Part shown: piece by piece, positions 13,369 through 26,559 of the stretch | Layout of the letters: the number at the start of each line of letters is the position of its first letter | Position numbering within the stretch: position 1 is the stretch's first letter | Source of the DNA: Gracilinanus agilis | Lineage: Eukaryota | Direction of reading: 5' to 3' | DNA: 64,000 bases | Assembly: GCF_016433145.1 (NCBI RefSeq) | Contig: NC_058135.1 | Coordinates: forward strand, 279,249,876 to 279,313,875 | Notes under the pieces: model-generated | The model's database searches: none | Told to the model about the DNA's origin: nothing | The model's input: only the letters and a program-made list of their open reading frames with translations | Made by a program: the position numbers and the translations under genes

Positions 13369-13757
13369 ACCAAGCCATCAGACCAAATATCTGGTAGGGA
13401 CTTCTTGCATTTTTGATAGATCAAGGAGGAGATTCTCATAGCCTGGGGTCTCTATTTAACAGGGATTGACATTTATATTACCTCCACAAACAATGCCCCC
13501 AGTTTTTCATGCCTCAGAACTCAGGTCAAGGCAGTTAGGGTCTTGCTTTTTCATTCCCATCTCTCAGATGTGAGCCATACAGGCAGAGAGTTGGTTTCTC
13601 TTGAGATTCTATTGGGAGGTAATTAGCTCAAAGTAGCTCTCTCTGCCCCTTTGAGATCCCTTTGCCCCTGGAAGAAATGGAGGCATCCCTGCAGGAGCAA
13701 GGGAAGGTGTTAAACCTTTGCATGATCACACCATCACTGATCCTGGTCAAGGTTCAA
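13369..13757 (-). promoter_or_regulatory. Paralogous copy of OR10W1 promoter module (W2), donor region replaced by an L2 tail
   Basis: Colinear with 5906-6312 (accaagccatca, caaatatctg, tagatcaaggagg, gacatttata, tagggtcttg). O/E-like TCTCTTGAGA at 13597 and TAATTA at 13620, the same 23-bp spacing as W1. Confidence 0.5.
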
Positions 13758-13963
13758 GACAATTTGTGGATAAATACTAGAAAGGCAGAGAAAACCCCAG
13801 TGGAGTGACAGATAAGCAGGGCGGAACAGAAGTCATTGCTTAGCTATGTGGAGAATTGGATATGAGGCCAGACTCTGTCTCTGGTTCTATGCTTTCAGGC
13901 CAGTTTCTCAGCCCTCTGAATCTCAGTTTCATTAAATTCAGGATGGTGATGTTTGTTCTAGAT

Positions 13964-14151
13964 CAGGGGTTCTAAACTCTTTGGTAGATCCTGGTCTCCT
14001 TGGAAAGCTCATGGGGCCCTTTTCAGAAAAATACCCTTAAATACATAAAATGAACTGTAGAAGATTAAAAAGAGAACCCAAGGATCTTAAATACAGCTAT
14101 CAAAATATTAAAAGAAAACCAAGTTCATAGACCCCAGGCTAAGAATGCCTG
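13964..14151. mobile_element. Old hAT-Charlie MITE
   Basis: caggggttctaaac...aagaatgcctg ends, inserted at ttctagat. Confidence 0.65.
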
Positions 14152-14224
14152 TTCTCTGGTTGTTTTATAATGTTTTCGCCTCTCAGATTCTAGTTATCTG
14201 AATGGAGTCACACATTTAGGAAGA

Positions 14225-14465
14225 GAGTAAAGAGCTTTAAGGGAGAGAGTGCCAGGACTGAAGACCCCTTTTTGAGAGTTCAAATCTGACCTCAAACACT
14301 TATTAGCTGTGTGACCTGGAACAAGTCACTTCACTTTTGGCTTCAGGTTCCTCCTCTGTAAAATGAGCTGGAGAAGGAAATGACAAACCCCTCCATTACC
14401 TTTGTTAAGAAAACCCCAAATGGGATAATGTAGAGATGGACACAACCAAAATGATTGAACAAGAA
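14225..14465 (+). mobile_element. MAR1-like SINE with RTE-type tail (another at 47550-47760)
   Basis: ggagaaggaaatgacaaacccctcc...aagaaaacccca tail. Confidence 0.7.
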
Positions 14466-14656
14466 AAAAGAGCTTTGAACTTGGAGTCAGGAGGCCTAGG
14501 TTTGAGTATGTTGCTTATTAATTCTGTGACCATAAACATGACCTCCTGAGTCTCAGTTTCCTCATCTGTAAAATAGGGACAATGATAAAGCTGAAATTTG
14601 TATGGAAAGCTATGGATATTGGGCTAGTCCTCCAGTGGTACCTCTCTATTCTCAGT

Positions 14657-14658
<2 letters not shown>

Positions 14659-14741
<83 letters not shown>

Positions 14742-14742
14742 A
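14659..14742. repeat. (GA)n microsatellite
   Basis: Direct reading. Confidence 0.97.
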
Positions 14743-14821
14743 AGCTCCTTTATTTTCATCAGACCCTTGGGAATGATCACGCTTCTCAAACTGAACCTGG
14801 GTTCTGACTTGTCTTCTTATT

Positions 14822-15006
14822 AATTTTTTTAAACCCATAACTTCTGTGTATTGGCTCCTTGGTGGAAGAGTGGTAAGGGTAGGCAATGGGGGTCAAGTGA
14901 CTTGCCCAGGGTCACACAGCTGGGGAGTGTCTGAGGCTGGATTTGAACCTAGACCCTCCCATCTCTAGACTTGGCTCTCCATCTGCTTAGACACCTAGCT
15001 GCCCTG
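14822..15006 (-). mobile_element. SINE1_Mdo-like SINE
   Basis: Consensus-like body about 210 bp 3' of the OR10Q1-like stop. Confidence 0.88.
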
Positions 15007-15218
15007 ATACCCTGTATTTCTAAAGAGGCAGATAATTTCTTAGGAAGAGCTTGTATGTCTGTCTTCTTTCTTGAGATAGTTCCATAGTTAACAATGTTCA
15101 TGTATGCTTAGCATTTCAGAGCAACAAAAAAAATGTTAAGAAACTATGTACAAAATGTACAGAAGTATATTAGTCCTAAGCCTTTAAAGTTGAACAACAG
15201 TAAGGTTTCCATTCTACT

Positions 15219-16181
15219 TCATGGAGTTTCAGACGCTGCTTTGCTGCTCATGGATTTTTTCAGAGCACCTTTGACATCCTTGTTCCGTAGAGTGTAAATG
15301 AGGGGGTTAAGCAGGGGAGTAACAAAAGTATAGACCAAAGCGATCTGTCGATCCTCATCCTCTGAGGTGCTGGACCTGGGGCGCAAATAGACCAGGCTAC
15401 AGCAGCCATATTGCAGCAGGACCACAGTGAGATGGGAAGAGCAGGTAGAGAAGGCTCGTCGGCGTCCCTCGGCTGAACGGATGCGCAAGATGGTGGTGGC
15501 GATGAAGACATAAGAGATGCAGATGAGCAAGAATGGCACAGTCAGCACAAGGATTCCTACCACATAGAGAACAGCCTGATGAACTCGGGTATCAGCACAG
15601 GCCAGGCGTAGGACAGGTGGCACATCACAGAGGAAGTGGTTGATCTCTCGGCGGTGACCACAGAAAGGCAGGGTGAAGATCAGGGCCGTTAGCTGAAGTG
15701 AGAGAAAGAGAGCCAGGCCCAGGGAGCCAACTACCATCTGGGTACACAGCTGCTGGGTCATGATGAGGGTGTAGTGCAAAGGATGGCAGATGGCCACATA
15801 GCGGTCATAGGCCATGACAACCAATAGGAAACAGTCGGTACTGCCAAGGGTGACAAAAAAGAACATCTGGGTTCCACAGCCAGCTAATGGGATAGGTTTC
15901 TGAGCTCCAAGCATGTTGGAGAGCATCAATGGTACCACAGTAGTGGTATAACAGATCTCAAGAAAAGACAAGTTGGCCAGGAAAAAGTACATGGGGGTCC
16001 GGAGGGAGGTGTGGGTGCATACGACAAAAATGATGGCAGTATTGCCACAGAGGATCATCATATAAAGGAGGAAGAAGAGAAGGAAGAGGAGGGCCTGGAT
16101 CCTAGTGGAAGTAGTGAACATCCGAAATACAAATTCAGTAGGGCCAGACTGGTTGAGATGGAGAGAGTTGGGAGGAACCAT
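15219..16181 (-). CDS. OR10Q1: Olfactory receptor, OR10Q1-like, intact (320 aa)
   Basis: ATG at 16181. [42 protein letters not shown]. Nearly colinear with human OR10Q1 as recalled, including RSSTSEDED and C-terminal KAASE. One-to-one orthology not tested. Confidence 0.92.
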   Translation of the reverse strand: MVPPNSLHLNQSGPTEFVFRMFTTSTRIQALLFLLFFLLYMMILCGNTAIIFVVCTHTSLRTPMYFFLANLSFLEICYTTTVVPLMLSNMLGAQKPIPLAGCGTQMFFFVTLGSTDCFLLVVMAYDRYVAICHPLHYTLIMTQQLCTQMVVGSLGLALFLSLQLTALIFTLPFCGHRREINHFLCDVPPVLRLACADTRVHQAVLYVVGILVLTVPFLLICISYVFIATTILRIRSAEGRRRAFSTCSSHLTVVLLQYGCCSLVYLRPRSSTSEDEDRQIALVYTFVTPLLNPLIYTLRNKDVKGALKKSMSSKAASETP

Positions 16182-16200
16182 CTCACCTACTAAAGAAAAA
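16182..16200 (-). promoter_or_regulatory. Splice acceptor of OR10Q1-like coding exon (tAG|GTGAG ATG)
   Basis: Pyrimidine tract plus tag at 16188-16187, 5 nt before ATG. Confidence 0.75.
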
Positions 16201-17777
16201 TATAAGATAAAAAAGATGAAGAAAACATAACAGGCGATTTACTGATTTATCTAGACAAAATCAGGAACCCTAAATTTTGTTTTTTGTCATTGCCCAGCAC
16301 ATGTCAAAGAAGAAGCTAATTTGATTGAGACATATTTCCCCCTCCCTTGGGAAGGCTGATCAGAACAAATTCTCCCTGATCACATCTAGGGCCAATTCAA
16401 GGCATCATCTCTTGAGTTCTCTAACCCTACTTCCCATCCCTTTTCTTCCATGAGGGTAGAGAAATCCCAAAGACTTCCCCTTCAAAGAGACCAGTGGCTC
16501 AGAGATAAAAATATTTAACTCCTGAGAGTTTTAGTGTAGTTCTCATTTCCAGGTAGATTTTTTCTTCTTAAAGTTAGAAAGCTTAAAAATACTGATGATT
16601 AGTAAAATTAACTAAAATATTTGATCCCCCAAGATCTTTTAATAATGAGCCAAGGAAGGTGGTTTCCCAGCCAATTAATTATGGTGTACACAATTTTTTA
16701 TCTTCTTTTTGATCCCTACAGAAAAGATGCTAATTCGGGATCCAAAGTAATTAATAATCTTATCTTTATCTAGAAAAACTATCATTAAGACACAAACACA
16801 TTGGAAAACTTAAAAGACTAAAGAAACACTTAGTGGTAAACAATGTCCCAGGGTTGTATGAGCCAGTGAAACAAAAAGAGATAGAACTCAGAGGCATTCA
16901 CAAGACTTCTCCAAGTAGGCATAGTTCTTTAACTACCTGCTGGATTATCTTAATAAGATTTGTGGCAAACTGAGGAAAGGAAAAGGTTGAAGTCAATGTA
17001 AGACTTAAAGCCAACTTCCTGACATGTGTTCTCCACCTTTGGGTGGTGTTTGCCACTTCCCACTATTGCTCTCTGTTCCCCTCACTGAGTCTCACTGGTA
17101 TTTTAAAAATAAATAAATAAATAAAAATCACTGCAGTTGGGTGGGGAGGGGAACTGCCTTCCAATTCAAATCTCATCGATAACTTAGTTGTTTCATATAA
17201 ATCCCATTGCCACTGGAGAACTAGCATCCATATCAAGGCATTTGGTCTATCCTTTGCCTGAATTGTTTTTACATTATGATGTAATTTACATTATGATATA
17301 ATCATACCATTCTGGACTTCAGCTCTCAGTTAAAATCACCTTGGGCAGTCACTTCATCTCTCTGCATCTCAGTTAAGTTATCGTTATCAATATATTTTTT
17401 CTAGTTAAAATAGTTTGTGACATACTTACTAAAGTTTCTTCCAACTCAGAGATTCTATTTTCAAAACCCTAGAGCTTCTTCTGACTTGGATGGAAACCAT
17501 TGTCTCCACCATTTTATATTCTAAAGTTTTTAGTTCTGACATCCTGTGTTCAAAGGTATAGTCTCATTTTTCCATTATATGTCTTATGTTCTAATGTCCT
17601 TTCTCTCTCTGACAATCTATGTTACTTCCCTTGTCATGCTAACATTATGTTCTAGAGATGAAAGTTGAGTTAGCTCTTTTGTGGCAGAAGTTTTCTCTTG
17701 AATTGTACAGAATTATGGTGCCTGGCTCATATGAGCCATTTGTAGGTACTCAACTATCCTGGAAACTCCAGAACTGG

Positions 17778-18420
17778 AGGAGAAAGAAAAGGAGGAGGAG
17801 AAAAAAAGAGGAAGAGGAAAAAATAGGAAGAGGAAGAAGAGAAATATGCAGAGGGGAAGAAGAAAAGGAAGAGGAGGAGGAAGAAGGGAAAGAGTAAGAG
17901 TAGAGGGAGAAAAGGGAGAAGAGAAGGAAGAAAGGGATGAAAAAGAGAAGAGGAGATTGAAAAAACAATGAAGATGATAATGACAAGAATTGGCAAGTAG
18001 ATGATAGGCAGGAGAAGGGGGAAGAGAAAGAGAAAGAAGACAAAAGGAAGAAAGCAATAAAAAGAAGGTAAGAAAAGAGAGCAAAAGAGCAGAAGAAAAG
18101 TAGTTATTTCAGTTAATGCTCACTATGTACCACCATGCCTAACATGATGTTAAGACTCTGTAGGTCACAAGTAAATTGAAAATATAGAATCTTTGGGTTA
18201 GAAGAGAACTTAGAGCTCATTCAGTCTTATGCAAATGTGAATAAGATTCCAGTCTACAACATGGCTATCAAGTGGTTCTTGAACTTTTATCAAAGAGCTC
18301 TATTAAGGAATGATCTATGTTTTTTCCTTCTCCTCCTCATTTTTTTTATCCAATTCTACCTTCTCCTCCTCCTCCTCCTCCTTCTCTTCCTCCTTCTACT
18401 CCTCTTTCTCTTCCTCCCTC
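17778..18420. repeat. Purine-rich tract (17778-18100) and pyrimidine-rich tract (18325-18420)
   Basis: Low-complexity GAA/GGA and CTC/TTC sequence. Confidence 0.9.
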
Positions 18421-18659
18421 TTGGCTTCAGAGGCAATCTATTTCTCCTTAGGCATAGCTCTAATTATAAGAAAGGTTTTTTTCTCCCCTAGGCTTAGAAC
18501 AGTGCCTTGCACATAATAGATACAATAAATGTTTATTCAATATTGACTATATTTATTTATGTGTCTACATAATCTGAGAATGATGGATAGGCATCTGAGT
18601 CTATTAGGAACCTGCCATATACATTTTGAATGACCTGATCAAAACAAATTGACCTGATC

Positions 18660-19080
18660 ATCTTGTACTAGTATTGTGAATCAACACCAGGGGGAAAATG
18701 AGTCAGTGCTAATACTCCAACAATTCATAAAATGTCTGTCTGATGCATAGGTCCAAAGATGAAGAAGGAACGACTTGAAGGTGCCTTGATATATGCCTTC
18801 AAATATTTGAAATACTATTATGTGGGAAAAGAGTTAAATTTTTTCAAGTTGGTCCCAGAAGAAAAAAAATAGAATTACTGAGGGGAAGTTATAGAGAAAC
18901 TGATTTTAGCATGGTTGAAAACCTTACTGAGCATTGGAGCTGGTCCAAAGTATAATGAGCTAGGGCTATTTCCAGAGACTGGAGGGTCTTCATCACTGAT
19001 TACTTGTCAGAAACATAGTAGAAGAGATTCCTGCTCAGATACAGACTGGACATGATGACCTATAAGACTTTTTCCAAGAA
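18660..19080 (+). mobile_element. CR1/L3 3' fragment
   Basis: gccttcaaatatttgaaa...ggtcccagaag...ggggaagttatagaga. Confidence 0.7.
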
Positions 19081-19599
19081 GAGGAAATAGGATATATTGA
19101 GACCTCTAACACCCCCTTCTGAGAAGAAAATAGATATATTGAGATTCTTTTAAGTAACAGAATACCACTACCCTTTGAATAAATCCTAGAGTATAAATAC
19201 CACAGGCACATCTGGAAAGCCTTTGAGATGGTTTAATACTATTTGTTAATTTTACAGAGGAAACTGAGACCCTGAGAAGTATAATGATTTATCTGAGGGC
19301 ACACAGCTGCTAAATAATTCAGTCAAGATTCAAACTCGGGTCTTCCTCCACTCAGTCTAGTATTTTCTGTAACAGATCGACCTTTTTAGTATCTTTAGAT
19401 GGGAGGGAAAATCAGGATCCCTTGCAGAGAGCACACAAGAATTGAAGGAATGAATATTAGTTTCAGTTAACTAAACAAGCGAGATTGAAATACTCTTAGT
19501 GAGTGAAAAAATTCTCTATGAGAATACTTCTTGGGTAAATTATAAATTTGAATTATCTAACTTCACTTGGGTTCTCACTGTAGCAAGGCAAGCCTTTTA

Positions 19600-20760
19600 T
19601 TCTTTTATTGTTTCCCTGTCTTATTTCCCACAAAAGCTTTTCTAAGCCTCTTATTCTCTCAAAACACCCACATCTCTCTCTTTTCTCACAATTGAGGACC
19701 CTGTACATTCCTTTTTTGAAAAAAATTGAAATCATTCACTGTGAGTTTCCTCTTCTCAAAACATCTTCCTATTCCCCACTCTATCACTCTTTATTTTCAC
19801 CAGTCTCTGACAGAGATAGACATTTTTGACAAGACTAGTTCTTTCTTATGTCCCCTTCGTTTCATCTCCTCTCTTTTCCAGTGGATTATAACCTTAATCA
19901 CCCCCTCCATCATTAATCTTCAGACTTTCCCTATTTACTTGCTCCTTTTCTACTGCCTAAAAAAATCTCTATCTCCCACATATTAAAACAAACAAAACCC
20001 AACTTCCACAAGACTTTGCCCTCCCCTCCAGCTAGTGTCCTATTTCCTTCCTTCTTTACTCAACAATACTTCTTGTCTTTACTTAGTTTCAAATGTCCTC
20101 TTTCTCAATCACTCCTCAATCCTTTGCAACCTTGTTTCCAACCTTATCAGTCAACTGAAACTCTTTCTACAAAGTTTCCAAAGATCTCTTGATGATGAAT
20201 CTGATGGTCTTTTTTTGGTTCTCATCATTTTGAAACTGTTTGCTGAATTTAAGACTGTTATACACTCTCTCCTTCTGGATACTTTCTCTTCTCTGGACTT
20301 TTTGACACAACTCTTATTTTCTCTAACTGTTCCTGTCTGGTGTTCTTTGCTTATTCCTGATTCTACCCCCTACTTGGGAGTGTCATCCAAGGTTCTACTC
20401 TTTCTGTATTCTCTTGTTGATCTCATCAGTTCACATTTTAAATGATCATTTTTATGACAGGGCTTCCAAGATCTGGATATTTAGCTCCAATCTCTTTTCT
20501 GACTTAAGAGTTCTGCATCACCAATTGTTTAGTGGGCATTTAAAAACGGTTGCCAGAAGACACATCAAACTCAGGGTGCTCAAAACAGAACTCATTATCT
20601 TCTCCCCTAACCTACCCTTCTTCCAAACCTGTCCATTTCTGTTGAAGAAATTCTTACAGCTTTCTAGGTTCATAATCTTGGTGTTATCCTTTATTCCTTA
20701 TTCTCTTAATCCACATATTCAATCAGTTGGCAAATCTTGACCTTTCTACCTTCCAAAGGT
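19600..20760 (+). mobile_element. L2 ORF2 (reverse transcriptase) remnant
   Basis: ORF 20035-20445 contains SDGLFLVLIILKLFAEFKTVIHSLLLDTFSSL, like the L2 RT motif [32 protein letters not shown]. Confidence 0.8.
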
Positions 20761-22994
20761 TTGGAGTTTTGTGGGAGGACACGGATAAGAATGACCAGGA
20801 TGAGGTATAAATATCTTATCTCTCCCTCTCCCCAAGGAGTGTATAAAGTCTTTGAGTATAGCAATCATAGGCTACCATTTGTACTTGTACAGATGAATAT
20901 CCATCTGCCTGATAAGAATCTTGGCTTCTAGGTAGTGAAGTGAATGGAGCACTTGGAATCAGGAAGACAAATTCAAATTCTGTCTTAGACCTATTAGCTA
21001 GATGAGAATTGGCAAGTCATTTAACTTCTATCTGGGTTTCCTCATCTGTAAAATGAGATTAACAACATCTACCTCAGAGAGTTATAATGAGGATGAAATG
21101 AGTTAATAAATATAAAGTGCTTTGCAGACCTTAAACACTATATGAATTCTTCTTCTTGTTATCAGGACACCTGGGTTCAAATTGCAGCATTAGAACTCTA
21201 ACTCTGGGTAACCACAAGCAAGATATTTTGTTTCTTTGTTCTTTAGTTTTCTCACGTAACATGAAGGGATTGGAATGGATAATCTCTAAGATCTTTTCCA
21301 ACTTCAAATCTGTGATGCTATATGAGATCAGAGATCCATCCACACACATTTAATTATTTAGGTGAGGGATTGTGATATCTGGTTTTAATAACTTTCTCAG
21401 GATGATCTTTCTATGAATTATAGAGGCGAAAGTATCCTGCAGTCTAGTCCTGAAGGATACCTCTTCAACATTATAAGGAATATGTTTGACTATTCTCTGA
21501 CAATAAGTTACCTTCCTTGGGCTTGGGGCTCTGTGCCTAGGTTAGATGAATCAAGGAGGGACAGGTGAACAGGAGAGATTGGGAGATTCTGTGTCCACTT
21601 TCTTCATGATGCATTTGACTACAAGTTAGGGGACTTGCCTGGTGCTTTGTCTGCCTTAATTTAAGAGCTCTCAGTCATTGAATGAACAAACATATGTTGA
21701 ATATTAATTATGTGCCTAGTACTATGCATGGTGACTTGAGAGATACAGAGAAAGGAGAGATGTGGATCCTACCCTTAAGAACCATAATGATTGAATGTTA
21801 GAGTTGGAAGAGACTTTAAAAACTGAGTCCACCTCATTAATTGCACAGATGGGAAAACTGAGGCAGATAGATGTCCCAGTGGATAAAGTGTTGGGCTTGC
21901 AATAAACAAGGGAGACCTGAAATCAAATTTACCTCACACTCTTCCTAGTTATATGGATGGCTATGGGTAACCTAACTAATCTCCCCAAACCTCTTTTTCC
22001 TCCATTTCTAAAAAAATGTGGAGCATGGTTGGGCTAGATGGACTCTCTAAGGGAATTTTCAGTTCTAACTGAAGGGGGGGGGAGTAAGTTGCCCAATGTC
22101 ACAGTGCAAGTTAGCAGTAGAATTGCATTTAGATCTCTTCCTTCTAGAGTCTTTTCTGTATTTCTGTTTAATATGTACTTGGTGAAAAAAGACTGATAAT
22201 ACTTGAGCCATTGAAGCTTTGTATAGATGAACTTGAGGACTGGATCTCATGACAATAAATCCTGAAATCTAAAACATGGGAAGTAGTTCTAATAGACCTT
22301 TTTTCTATCTTTAACCATTTTCTTTTTTTTATTGTGAACTTAACAGTCATCAACAAACAGAAATATTGCAATATATAAAAATAAGATAGAATATTGTGTT
22401 AGAAACTGTGAACTTCTCTAATATACAGAAGCACACATAATTTAATAAGTTTTAATAAAGTTTTTCTATGCTTTCTTCGGTAATATTTCCTATTTTTCTG
22501 TGAATTTAAAACATTTTTGGTACCTTTTTTCTTCATGGTATCAATCACTGCTCTAATCTACTGACCGTTGAACTCTCTCTCTTCCATAGGAACATTCCTT
22601 TTCAACCAAAATAGATAGTCTGGAGAAATTACTATATTGGTCATATCTGAGAAAGCACATTTCTGAATTTGATCAATGTCAAAAATCCCTGTTGTCTTTA
22701 ATAGTCTATACATCTGTGCCATAGCTCCTGCACGAGGGTTGAGTAGTTAGGGAGGCTAGTTTATGGACCCTTCTAAGATAACCATTGAAAATCCTATTAC
22801 AATTAGAAGAATGCTAGATTTGAAGCCAAAACACCTCAGTTGATTATCTTCTCTTGGCCAAGATGCTTCTCACTTGGACTCAGTATTCTTGTAAAATGAG
22901 AAGGTTGGACTGAATTATCCTTATGGGACTATCTCAGCTCTAAATCTTGGATTCTTACCTCCTACAAGTAAATGAAAAGGAAGAAGTGAAATTA

Positions 22995-23700
22995 CATCCC
23001 CTTACCACCTTCCAGTGTCTCTGAATCCTTCAGCCTTCTGAAGAAAAGCTCTTATTTGTAGTCTGCTATTGTCTTGAGATAACCCCATGCCCGTCTACAT
23101 GAAAACTTGATTATTCTCTCCCTTACCTTCTCCTTGGATTAAATGGGGTGAGGTTCCATGACTTTCAAAGGGCATACTAGAAAAATTTACTAGAAAAGAA
23201 AGACCTTGCCTAGTGGGTATTCTCCATTCCTTTACTCTCTGGATAGATCTTACATAGCTGAGGTGGAAAAAAAAAAGCTCTGGTATCCCTCTCTACCTGA
23301 GGGTCTTGGAGTAGAGATAGCTTTAGGATGCAGTGGCCATGGATATCATGGATACTTTCTTGATTGAGATTCAGAATGCTTCTCCAGTGTCAGGAAACCC
23401 AGCAAAGGTAATTCTTGTTGACTCCATTCATTCTAGTAATATTAGGTTATTTACTGCCTTCTCTGAGGCCTCTCATAGGAATGGGTCTCTGAAGCAGAGG
23501 GATTTGGGGAAAACTTTATGGATTGAGGACAACAAAGATAAAGCTAATGGACATTCAGATTTCTATAGGCTTGCTCAGTGTATATTCCATCTGGAGCCTG
23601 GGGACCAGTAGAAGGAAATCTTGCTCTCTCTATGTCATCACTTCTCTTCTTCCCTCCATCAGGGACTTAAGTTGGGTTCTAATGAATTTCTCCAGAGGAA
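22995..23700 (-). promoter_or_regulatory. Candidate OR10Q promoter and first exon (module Q1)
   Basis: Donor GTG|GTAAGG at 23005. TATA-like TAAATAAC (plus gttattta 23446). O/E-like tctcatagga at 23471. TAATGG at 23545. Homologous to 41960-42700 and 45580-46320. Confidence 0.6.
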
Positions 23701-24909
23701 AATGGCTACATTATAATTTTATACTAACTTATGAGGTGTGTGGCTGCAGGCTGGCAAGTTTCAGATTTCTCAAGTGAAAAAATAAGTAAAAAATTGTAAT
23801 GAAACAAAAATGACTTAAAGTATTCATCATATAGAAAGCATTGAACCAGATACTAAAGCTATAAGGAGAAAACAAAATACAGTGGCTTCCTTCAAGGAGC
23901 TCTTACTCTTTAAGGAATGGGAGAATAGAAGACTTATAAAGAGAAATATAAAAGGAAATGATAGTGTATGGAAAATATTCAATAAATGCGATTCAGAAAA
24001 AAATTGAGAAGACAGATTATACTCAGTTGAGGGCATTAAAAAAGGCTTTAGTGACTAGGTAGCATGTGATTAGGGCCTTGGAAAATGAAATTTAGCATTA
24101 ATCATAGCCCATATTTATGTAGCACTTTAGGGTTTGCAAAGCCCTGAAATATGTCACCTCATTTGGTCCCATCAGAGGCTTGTGATAATGGTGCTATTAT
24201 TATCTTATTTTTTATTGATGAAGACATTGAAGAAGAGTTAAGTGACTTGTGTAGATCACAGGTAGGAAGTGTCTGAGGGTGGATTTGAACTCAGGTCTTC
24301 CTGAATCCCCATCCAAGCCCTCTGTCCATTGGGCAGCCAAGTTGCCTTCCCTCACATATCTGGTTGATGTGCTTAATTTCCAGGAGCCTCAACACACTAG
24401 GGTAGGCAAGGAAAATTGTATTCTGGAATCCAGAAAGTCTAGATTTTAATTCTATGGTGACCCTCCCCCAAATAGGTGAGAAGCAGTCTTTGAATGAAAA
24501 ATAGGAGAATTTGGGAACCATAGGCAAGTGGGGAAATACTAGCACACAAACTCATCCCTTCATTCCCAGGACTAATTGTACTAATCAGGGTGCCAATTTA
24601 TCCCACACCAATGGCTGCAAAAAGTCTAGAATAAATAATATTTTAACTACAAAAACTACTTTCCAACAGAGAAAAAGTAAATATCACTAAATTGTCTCAA
24701 TGAGAAATTATGGTTATGGACTCCAAAATGTGGCAAAAATAAAGCTGAGAAAGAGAAGATTTATTGGGAAGAGTGCTGGGCCTGAAATCACATACTATAA
24801 ATTCAAATTCTACCTCTATCACTTTGTACTGGTGTGATCTTGGAAAATTCATATAATCTTTCCGTTTCCAAGTGTCCTCATATATAAAATAAAGGGGTTG
24901 GACTAGATC

Positions 24910-25200
24910 AGTAGTTCTCACAGTGTAGTTCAAAGAGGCTTAAGTCTTTCAGATTCTTTTAGGGGGTCCAAAAGGTCAAAATAATTTTCACGATAATTCT
25001 AAGCCATTTGAATTTCAAATATAGTCACTAACAATATCAACCCCCCTCTTTCTCCCTCCCTCCCTTCCTCCTGCTTTCTCTCTCTCCATCCCCATCCCAC
25101 AAGCACACACACACCCCACATAAACAAAAGTTTTTTTGGCTACTTCATAATTTTTAAGATGTTAAAGTGAGCTAGAAACCAAAAGTTTGATAACTGCTTG
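24910..25200. mobile_element. MER3/MER33-like hAT element (related copies at 45286-45500 and 63930-64000)
   Basis: cagtagttctcacagtgtagt...agggggtccaaaaggtcaaaataatttt...aaaagtttgataactg. Confidence 0.55.
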
Positions 25201-26559
25201 TCTATGATCTCCAAGGTCTCTTCCAACTCTATTACCAATAAGAACAGACTAGGGCCTGATGTCATTAAGTAATATTGATACAAAATATTAAGCAACATAA
25301 TGGAAAATTTACTATAATATAGGTAGAAATTATGCATTTTGATCAGTTGGAATTAATACCAGGAATACAAATATGAATCAAAGTTAGATAAACACTCAGA
25401 ATAATATAACATAATAATTAATAATAGTGAGATTTTTATATCATGCCTTAAGATATGCAAAATAGTTTTTGAGTAGTATCTTATTTTATCCTTAAAACTG
25501 CCAGAGGAGATAGAAACTCTTTATATCTCTGTTTTATAAATGAGAAAACTTTTGATGCTAACTGACTTGGCCCAGAATCACATAAGTAAATATTTGAGGC
25601 CAGATCTAAACTCAGATCTTCCTGACTTCAAGACTAGGACTTTATTGACTGTGACACTTTGCTGTGGATATTTGTTTAAAAATTAATACAAAAAGAATAA
25701 AATAAAAACAAAGAATATTATGAAAAGAATAATTATTTAAAGAATAAAACCAAAAAAAGTCTTAGAAAAAATATAACATTCATTTCTGTTTAAAAGAAAG
25801 AAAGGAAAATATCTAAGGATGGAAAGAATTTATTTGCAACTAGGAGAGAGCATTATATATAATGGAGAAGTATTAGAGCCTTTCTCACTAAGAACAGGGG
25901 TAAGGTAGAGGCTGTCTTATATCATGAGATTCTCAGAATGAAAAGAACTTCAAAAATCATCCATTCTAATCCATATTCAGAGGATGGAGTAGATAATCTC
26001 AAAGATCTCTTCTATCACTAATATGTTGACTCTAAGGTCTTTTTTACTTTAGGAGTATATGAAAGCTATGGAATTAAAATGTTTATTTAGATAGACATAC
26101 CTAGAACAAAACCATTAGACCAAAAATCAGAAATGAAGTACTTGTATTTTTCCACTGGTTAAATCAAGAAGGCAGATGAACCTGTAACTCAAAAACCTTA
26201 CTCAAAATGGGTACAAGCACATGTATGTATATATACACATACCTACATACACACATGTATGATATATACAAAATACACACAGATTCCAAAATATATGCTC
26301 ATGCATGAATACATACACCTTAAAGAAAAGTACAATTCTTTAAACTTCAGGACTCAGGTCAGAAAAAATGGTAATGAAACTTGGGAACTTGCTGAGGATC
26401 TTCACTTTCATTTCCTAGAAGTAATCTCTGCAATGAGAACTAGTCTCCCCTAAATCTCCTTTAGGTGTTCATTAGCTTCCTTCCCATAGATGATTTGGAG
26501 CACCTCTAGATGACTACTAAATTCAATTATCCCTGATCTGTCTTTTTGCTGTAGGTGTT

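Noticed and set aside
14518-14886. ORFs with SL/ER/SV repeats (also 3556-3835, 17658-18516, 60298-60732)
   Set aside because: Translations of microsatellites, low-complexity tracts or the N gap.
15260-16193. Short ORFs overlapping the OR genes in other frames or antisense (also 1729-1992, 34402-35075, 55940-56507)
   Set aside because: Shadow frames of OR coding sequence. Their similarity between loci follows from OR paralogy.
21400-21700. tagatgaatcaaggaggg similarity to the W modules, with a possible donor ggaag|GTAACT
   Set aside because: Only about 12 bp of match and no colinear homology. It could be a UTR exon but is unsupported.
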